Part shown: positions 7,932-14,161 of the stretch, one piece after another
How the letters are laid out: each line of letters starts with the position of its first letter
How positions within the stretch are numbered: the stretch's first letter is position 1
DNA from: Candidatus Eiseniibacteriota bacterium
GTDB taxonomy: Bacteria > Eisenbacteria > RBG-16-71-46 > CAZEPH01
NCBI GenBank assembly: GCA_044229145.1
Contig: JBGATO010000081.1
Location: 1-16,012, forward strand
DNA: 16,012 nucleotides
Direction of reading: 5' to 3'
Notes under the pieces: generated by a model
The model's input: only the letters and a program-made list of their open reading frames with translations
Databases searched by the model: none
What the model was told of the DNA's origin: nothing
Program-made: the position numbers and the translations under genes

Positions 7932-8587
7932 CGCAGCGTGCTGTCCGGGTCGAGCGGACGCAGCAGCGCACGCACCGGCGACGCGTCGGCGTCCATCAGG
8001 CGCAGCGGCACGGCGATGAGGTCGTAGTCGCCGGGTGCGACGGCATGGAGGTCGAGCCCTTCGAGGATTGCCACGCCGGCGTCGAAGAACGTGCGGTGGG
8101 CCGCGAGGTCTTGGCTGTCCCAGCGGTCCACCGACGACGTATCGAGACCGACCAGGCAGATCCCGGTGGCGGCCAGCGCCGCCGCGCCGCCGGCCGTGAA
8201 GTAGGCGCCATCGCGGGGAAACACGTCCGGATCCGCAACCGCCCGCGTGCGGACCACGACACGCCGGGCCCCACCCAGATCCCATCCCGCAACGACCTGT
8301 TCGTCAAGCACTTGGGCGTTTTCACTGGAGACCACGCGGCATCGGCCGATAAACGCGTCGAGCTCGAGCTCCCCGACACGCGGCTCGCGCGGCAGACGCT
8401 CGCCGTCGGCCCGCACATGGAACGGCGCATCGACGTGGGCGCCGATGTGCGGCGTCAAGCGGAGGGCGGACACCGTGCAGGAGTCGCCGCGATCGCGGCG
8501 CATCGTCCAGTCGAGCGTGAAGGGCGTGTCACCGGGAAACACGGCGGTCGTCCCGCGCACCGGCGGACTGATATCGATGTAGCGCAA
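7928..8587 (-). CDS. kynB: Cyclase-family metal-dependent hydrolase, kynurenine formamidase (KynB)-like, 219 aa
   Basis: DISPP...VFPGDTPF, metal motif HIGAHVDAPFH, GLDTSSVD, ILEGLDL, and PLRL-DASPVRA C-terminus. Start set to TTG 8587 with SD GGGAGGG 6 nt upstream. Substrate is not proven because kynA and kynU are absent from the window. Confidence 0.8.
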   Translation of the reverse strand: MRYIDISPPVRGTTAVFPGDTPFTLDWTMRRDRGDSCTVSALRLTPHIGAHVDAPFHVRADGERLPREPRVGELELDAFIGRCRVVSSENAQVLDEQVVAGWDLGGARRVVVRTRAVADPDVFPRDGAYFTAGGAAALAATGICLVGLDTSSVDRWDSQDLAAHRTFFDAGVAILEGLDLHAVAPGDYDLIAVPLRLMDADASPVRALLRPLDPDSTLR

Positions 8588-8647
8588 CGTCGGCCCTCCC
8601 GCGGATCGACACGCCGGCGCACGGCACACTAGGTCGAAGGATCGGAG

Positions 8648-8656
8648 ACTATAGCA
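8648..8656 (-). promoter_or_regulatory. Putative extended -10 promoter element for the kynB-HK-RR unit
   Basis: Minus strand reads TG-C-TATAGT about 60 nt upstream of the kynB start. No clear -35. Confidence 0.45.
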
Positions 8657-9381
8657 TGGCACAGTCCGCGCGCACGCTGCCTCCCTCGCACGAGACCGAC
8701 GCCTGCCCGGCGCCGACGCCGGGACTCGACTGGGCCCGTCTCCCGCGATGTGCCAAGTGCGGGAATCGCCATCAAGACGCCTTGACCGCAGCCGACCTGG
8801 CGGCACAGGCACTCCTCGATGCGCAGGCCTCACCGCCGGCCGCGGGCACGGTAGAGTCGAGCGCGACGCCGGACGCCGTCGCGCCACCGCCAGCGGTGCG
8901 CGCCCACGGCATGTACTTCGAGCAATTCCTCGTCGGCATGACGTTCGAGTCGCGTGGCCGGACACTCACCGAGGCCGACATCTACACCTTCGCCGGACTC
9001 ACCGGCGACTACAACCCGCTGCACACCGACGCCGAGTACGCCGCGTCGACGCGGTGGGGCGGGCGCATCGTCCACGGCGTCTGCGGTCTGGCGATCGCCA
9101 CCGGTTTGTTCTCGCGGCTCGGCGTCCTGGAAGGCACCACCGAAGCGTTCCTGTCGGTGGACACGCACTTTCACGAGGTCATGCGCATCGGCGACACCAT
9201 TCGCACCACGACGCGGGTCACCCGCAAGCGCGAGATGCCGGGACAGAATTCGGGGTTGGTGTGCTTCGAGGCCCTGCTCTACAACCAGCATGGCAAGTTG
9301 GTGCAGCGCGGATCGTGGTCAGTGATGGTGGTGAAGGCGGAGGCAGCGCAGCGCGGCGAGACTCCCCCGCTCGAGGCGTAA
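8656..9381 (+). CDS. MaoC/PaaZ-C-like hotdog-fold (R)-enoyl-CoA hydratase/dehydratase, copy 1, with N-terminal CxxCxxxH extension, 241 aa
   Basis: YFEQF..G, RTLTEADI, hydratase-2 motif FAGLTGDYNPLHTD (Asp-x4-His), GRIVHG, IGDTI, YNQHG. SD GGAG 8 nt upstream of ATG. Confidence 0.88.
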   Translation: MAQSARTLPPSHETDACPAPTPGLDWARLPRCAKCGNRHQDALTAADLAAQALLDAQASPPAAGTVESSATPDAVAPPPAVRAHGMYFEQFLVGMTFESRGRTLTEADIYTFAGLTGDYNPLHTDAEYAASTRWGGRIVHGVCGLAIATGLFSRLGVLEGTTEAFLSVDTHFHEVMRIGDTIRTTTRVTRKREMPGQNSGLVCFEALLYNQHGKLVQRGSWSVMVVKAEAAQRGETPPLEA

Positions 9382-9389
9382 GCGCCCGA

Positions 9390-9419
9390 TTGACAGCGAT
9401 CTGCGGCATCTTCTAGAGT
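9390..9419 (+). promoter_or_regulatory. sigma70-type internal promoter for MaoC copy 2
   Basis: Consensus TTGACA (9390-9395), 18-nt spacer, TAGAGT (9414-9419), starting just after the copy-1 stop. Confidence 0.6.
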
Positions 9420-9573
9420 CGCGCATCTGACTCTCCCCTCGGCGGCTTGCAGGACGCTCCCCCGTCCTCGTCCGAGCGTCTGGGAGTGTCCCCGGACTCC
9501 GCGGACGGACGACTGTCCCGCTCCGTCGACTCGCTGACTCCGGCCGATCGTCGATTCGCGCGCGGAGAGCAGC

Positions 9574-10185
9574 GTGTCCGACCAAGACGCCCCACAATCG
9601 CAGTCCGCACCCCGGCCCTGTCCGACCTGTCGCGCGCGCCACGTGGACGGCGAGCCGCATGCCGCGCCGGCCACGGCCTTCGATGCGCGCGCGCAGTCAC
9701 TCGGCGAGGCCGCGGGGTTGGAGCCACCGGCCGCTCCCACCGGCTTGTACTTCGAAGAGTTCGAGATCGGCCAGACGTTCGACACCGTCGGGCGCACGAT
9801 CAGCGAAGCGGACGTCAACGCGTTCGCGGCCCTCACCGGCGACTACAATCCGCTGCACATCGACGAGCAATTCGCCGCCGCCTCGCGCTGGGGCGGCCGC
9901 ATCGCCCACGGCCTCTGCACGCTGGCGATGGCGACCGGGTTGTTCAGCCGCCTCGGCGTCATCGAAGGCACCGCGGAAGCCTTCCTCAGCATGGACACCC
10001 AGTTCCACGATGTCGTGCGCCTCGGCGACACCATCCGCGTGGTGACCCGCGTCACCCGCAAGCGCGAGTTGCCCGGCCAGGCGGCCGGGGTCGTCGCCTT
10101 CGAGGCGCACACGTACAACCAGCACGGCCGCTTGGTGCAACGCGGCACGTGGTCGGCGATCATCCGCAAGCGTCCCGCGGAGTAG
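9574..10185 (+). CDS. MaoC-like hotdog-fold hydratase/dehydratase, copy 2, with N-terminal CxxCxxxH extension, 203 aa
   Basis: FAALTGDYNPLHID, GRIAHG, LGDTI, YNQHG. Core is gap-free and about two-thirds identical to copy 1 (97/144 by hand count). GTG start with SD GGAGAG (9564-9569). Confidence 0.88.
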   Translation: MSDQDAPQSQSAPRPCPTCRARHVDGEPHAAPATAFDARAQSLGEAAGLEPPAAPTGLYFEEFEIGQTFDTVGRTISEADVNAFAALTGDYNPLHIDEQFAAASRWGGRIAHGLCTLAMATGLFSRLGVIEGTAEAFLSMDTQFHDVVRLGDTIRVVTRVTRKRELPGQAAGVVAFEAHTYNQHGRLVQRGTWSAIIRKRPAE

Positions 10186-10200
10186 CGCCGCGCGCGGCGG

Positions 10201-11688
10201 CTACTCGTGCGAGAGCCGCCGCCGCGAGAACGTCGCCATCGCCACCACCAGCAAACACGCGGTGAGCGCCACGAACCAGACGAGATCCCCGCGAATCTGC
10301 GCTAGCCCCGCGTTGTCGAGCATCACCAGACGCAACGCCTTCACCATGTGCGCCCACGGCAGGAAGTCGCGCACCGTGAGCGCCTGCCCGAACACGTGGA
10401 ACGGCTTGCCGCTGCTGATGTCGAAGAACGCGCCAACGTAGAAGCTGAGACCGAGGCTGATGAACGTCGACATCGAACTGGCCTGGCGCTCGTTGCGGCC
10501 GTAGCTCGCGATCAGATACGCCGACGCGAACGTCGCGATCACCGTCAGCATCCCGAGCAGCGTGGTGAGCACGAGGCTGCCGTGCAAGCGGAAGCCGAGC
10601 AGCGTGCCGACGCCGACCAGGAACAGCGTCTGCACGCCGGCCATCACGATCCACGGCAACAGCCGGCCGACGTTGTAGTCGATGGCCGTCATGCGGGTGA
10701 CGCGCAGGCGGTCCAAGAGGCCGCCCGATTGATCGCGCACCAATTCGACCGCGATGCCGGTTTGCACGCCGAGCAGACCGAAGATCAGCATACCGGGCAG
10801 CATCCACTCGAAGACGGTGCGGCGATGGCCGGGCACCGCCTTGGCGGACACGCTGATGTATTGCGCGGGACGCTCCGGTAGCTGCACCGGGAGCGCCGCG
10901 CGCATCTGTGCGACCGCGCTGTCGCCGACTTCGGCTTCGAACTGCGCGATCATGTTCTGCACCATGACGCTGGCGATGCGCGCGTCGGGGTCGGCGCCGG
11001 CGTAGAGGTCGACGCTGACCGGCGCAGCGTCACGCGACGGCACGTGCGTCGGCGCCCGCCCGGCGGTGCCGCCGAGCGAGAACTCGCGCCCCAACTCGCT
11101 GCCGACCCGCGCCACGTCGCTGCTGGTGATCGCCGCGCCGCGTCCGGCCAGCCGCTCCTGTGCGTAGTCGAAGCCGCCGACCAGCCCGCGTTCGAGCACG
11201 TGCTGCATCATCGACGCGCTCATCGCCGCCGAGAAGCCGGCTGGAATCACCACCGCGAGATGCACGCTGTCGACGCCCGCCTGCGCGATGGCGCGCGCGT
11301 CCGGAAGATCGTCGACGATGTCGAACACCGCGAGCTTCTCCGACGCGCGGGCCGCGCCGCCGGCGCGCGGGCCGCGTGCCTTGGCGGAGGCGTAGATCTC
11401 GCGATCGAAGGTGACGGTGCCGGAGTCGCTGTACACGAAGGCCGCCAGCATCGCCGCGATGTCGCGGCCGAACGCGAGCGTGTCGGTGACGCCGTTGGCG
11501 GTGAGTGTGGTCGGCACGTCATGATTCACCACGGCGACATGATACGTCGTCGTCTTGTTGCCACCGCCGCGGAACGCCAGGCCGAACACCACGACGAACA
11601 TCGCCGGGAACAACAGCGTGAAGAACAGCGTCACGCGGTCGCGCAGAATGCGACGCAGCGAGAGCAGGGCGAGGGTCCAGATCTTCAT
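10201..11688 (-). CDS. ABC-2 type exporter permease with large extracytoplasmic domain, 495 aa
   Basis: N-terminal LRRILRDRVTLFFTLLFP TM, VAVVNHD start of the loop, then WMLPGMLIF, RDQSGGLLDRLRVT and multiple C-terminal TMs. Starts 4 nt after the ATPase stop. Confidence 0.88.
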   Translation of the reverse strand: MKIWTLALLSLRRILRDRVTLFFTLLFPAMFVVVFGLAFRGGGNKTTTYHVAVVNHDVPTTLTANGVTDTLAFGRDIAAMLAAFVYSDSGTVTFDREIYASAKARGPRAGGAARASEKLAVFDIVDDLPDARAIAQAGVDSVHLAVVIPAGFSAAMSASMMQHVLERGLVGGFDYAQERLAGRGAAITSSDVARVGSELGREFSLGGTAGRAPTHVPSRDAAPVSVDLYAGADPDARIASVMVQNMIAQFEAEVGDSAVAQMRAALPVQLPERPAQYISVSAKAVPGHRRTVFEWMLPGMLIFGLLGVQTGIAVELVRDQSGGLLDRLRVTRMTAIDYNVGRLLPWIVMAGVQTLFLVGVGTLLGFRLHGSLVLTTLLGMLTVIATFASAYLIASYGRNERQASSMSTFISLGLSFYVGAFFDISSGKPFHVFGQALTVRDFLPWAHMVKALRLVMLDNAGLAQIRGDLVWFVALTACLLVVAMATFSRRRLSHE

Positions 11689-11692
11689 CGCC

Positions 11693-12652
<960 letters not shown>

Positions 12653-12720
12653 GATCGTCGTGTGTCCTTGGGTGGCCGGCGCGCCAGGCGCGTCATGCAG
12701 CGAGGGGTCGAACGCGGGCA

Positions 12721-12729
12721 ACAATAGCA
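12721..12729 (-). promoter_or_regulatory. Putative extended -10 element of the ABC exporter promoter
   Basis: Minus strand reads TG-C-TATTGT about 70 nt upstream of the ATPase start; the -35 region is poor (TTCGCC/TCGCCG), consistent with activator dependence. Same form as TGCTATAGT at 8648-8656. Confidence 0.55.
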
Positions 12730-12758
12730 ACGCCCCGCCCGTGCGGCGAAGGCCAATC

Positions 12759-12789
12759 GACGAACGGGCGGAGCGGCGGGACGAACGGT
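12759..12789 (-). promoter_or_regulatory. Tandem LytTR-type (AlgR-box-like) direct-repeat binding site
   Basis: GACGAACGG at 12759-12767 and 12780-12788 (minus strand CCGTTCGTC), 12-bp spacer, 21-bp period. The distal copy reads ACCGTTCGTC. Confidence 0.7.
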
Positions 12790-12805
12790 CGCGCGGGCGG
12801 CGCGG

Positions 12806-14029
12806 TCAGCGACGCGACTTCTTGCCGCCGCCCCACGTGCGCAGGCGGCGCGCCGCTTCCTCCAGCGTCTCCACCTTCTTGGCGAAGTGCAGACGGACGA
12901 GATGACGGCCGCGCTCGGGATCGTGGAAGAAGCTCGACCCCGGCACCGGCGTGACGCCCGCCTCGGTGATCATGCGGCGCGCGAAGGTGACGTCGTCCGC
13001 CTTCGACAGCTTGCGGAAATCGCAGAGCAGGTAGTAGGCACCGCGCGGCGTCGGCGCCACCAGGCCGACATCGGCGATCGCCTTGACCATCACCTCGCGG
13101 CGCTCGGCGTATTCGCGGGCGATCTTCGCGTAGTAGGCCGGCGGTGCCGCCACCGCGACCGCCGCCGCTTCCTGCAATGGCGCCGGCGCGCCGACGGTGA
13201 GGAAGTCGTGCACCTTGCGGATCGCGTCGCTCAAGTGCGGCGGCGCGATGCAGTAGCCGATCCGCCAGCCGGTGATCGAGTACGTCTTCGACAGCGCGCC
13301 GATGGTGACCGTGCGATCCTGCATGCCGGGCAGCGTGGCGAGCGAGACGTGCTCGGCGCCGTCGTAGAGGATGTGTTCGTAGACTTCGTCGGTGATCGCC
13401 AGCACGTTCCACTTCTGGCACAACTCGCCGATCTGCGTGAGCTCCTCGCGGGTGAACACCTTCCCCGTCGGATTGTTCGGCGTGTTGAGGATGATGGCGC
13501 GGGTGCGCGGTCCGAAGGCGCGGGCCAGCCGCGCCCACGGAATCTCCCACGTCGGCGGCTCGAGCGGCACGAACTTCGGCGTCGCCCCGGCGACGATGGC
13601 GTCCGGCCCATAGTTCTCGTAGAACGGCTCGAAGACGATGACTTCGTCGCCCGGATCGACAGTGGCGAGCAGGGTCGCGATCATCGCCTCGGTGGCGCCG
13701 CAGGTGACGGTGATCTCGCGCTCCGGGTCGATGGCGCGGCCGAACTGGCGGCCGATCTTCGCCGCGAGCGCGTCGCGGAACGCCTTCGCGCCCCAGGTGA
13801 TCGCGTACTGGTTGACGCCCTCCTCGATCGCGGTGCGTGCGGCCTGGCGGATGAACGCCGGCGTCGGGAAGTCGGGGAAGCCTTGCGCGAGGTTGAGCGC
13901 GCCGTGGTCGTTGGCGAGCCGCGTCATCTCGCGGATGACCGACTCGGTGAACTGCGCCGCCTTGCGGCTCGGACGCGGCAGGCCCTTCGGCGCGACGGCC
14001 ACGCGCGCCGGCTTGCGGAGAAGCGTCAT
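12806..14029 (-). CDS. PLP-dependent aminotransferase class I/II (YbdL / glutamine transaminase K / kynurenine aminotransferase-like subgroup), 407 aa
   Basis: NLAQGFPDF, NQYAITWG, TCGATEA, FEPFYENY, NTPNNPTGKV, DEVYEH and PLP-Lys motif SKTYSITGWRIGY. Start set to ATG 14029 (GAGGAGG upstream). Confidence 0.9.
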   Translation of the reverse strand: MTLLRKPARVAVAPKGLPRPSRKAAQFTESVIREMTRLANDHGALNLAQGFPDFPTPAFIRQAARTAIEEGVNQYAITWGAKAFRDALAAKIGRQFGRAIDPEREITVTCGATEAMIATLLATVDPGDEVIVFEPFYENYGPDAIVAGATPKFVPLEPPTWEIPWARLARAFGPRTRAIILNTPNNPTGKVFTREELTQIGELCQKWNVLAITDEVYEHILYDGAEHVSLATLPGMQDRTVTIGALSKTYSITGWRIGYCIAPPHLSDAIRKVHDFLTVGAPAPLQEAAAVAVAAPPAYYAKIAREYAERREVMVKAIADVGLVAPTPRGAYYLLCDFRKLSKADDVTFARRMITEAGVTPVPGSSFFHDPERGRHLVRLHFAKKVETLEEAARRLRTWGGGKKSRR

Positions 14030-14107
14030 GACAGGGGAACCCTCCTCGCTGCGCTCGTCAGGATGCGACGCGTCACGGGATGCTGGGGCCGCGGTGCGGA
14101 AACGACA

Positions 14108-14145
14108 CGTGCCGGAGGCGGCGAGGCACGCCACGCTCCGGCACG
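14108..14145. other. Strong intergenic stem-loop
   Basis: Perfect 10-bp inverted repeat CGTGCCGGAG (14108-14117) / CTCCGGCACG (14136-14145) with further inner pairing; only a weak U-rich tail on the minus strand. Confidence 0.6.
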
Positions 14146-14161
14146 CAGGATACTCGTTCGG

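Noticed and set aside
7932..8965. ORF-track N-terminal extensions of the kinase (to 8285) and the cyclase (to 8965), which could suggest fusions
   Set aside because: The extensions overlap other genes and are low-complexity; better starts exist at 7931 (ATGA coupling) and 8587 (SD GGGAGGG).
9429..9540. Recurring GACT(C) words as a CRISPR or tandem repeat array
   Set aside because: Units are too short and irregularly spaced, with no spacer structure and no cas genes.
423..11688. D-(S/T)-hydrophobic motifs in the extracytoplasmic parts of MlaD and the ABC permease, resembling the Bacteroidota O-glycosylation sequon
   Set aside because: The presumably cytoplasmic Rossmann protein has as many such motifs, so no enrichment can be claimed by eye.
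14147..14152. TATCCT as the -10 of an aminotransferase promoter
   Set aside because: No -35 or extended TG, so support is insufficient.
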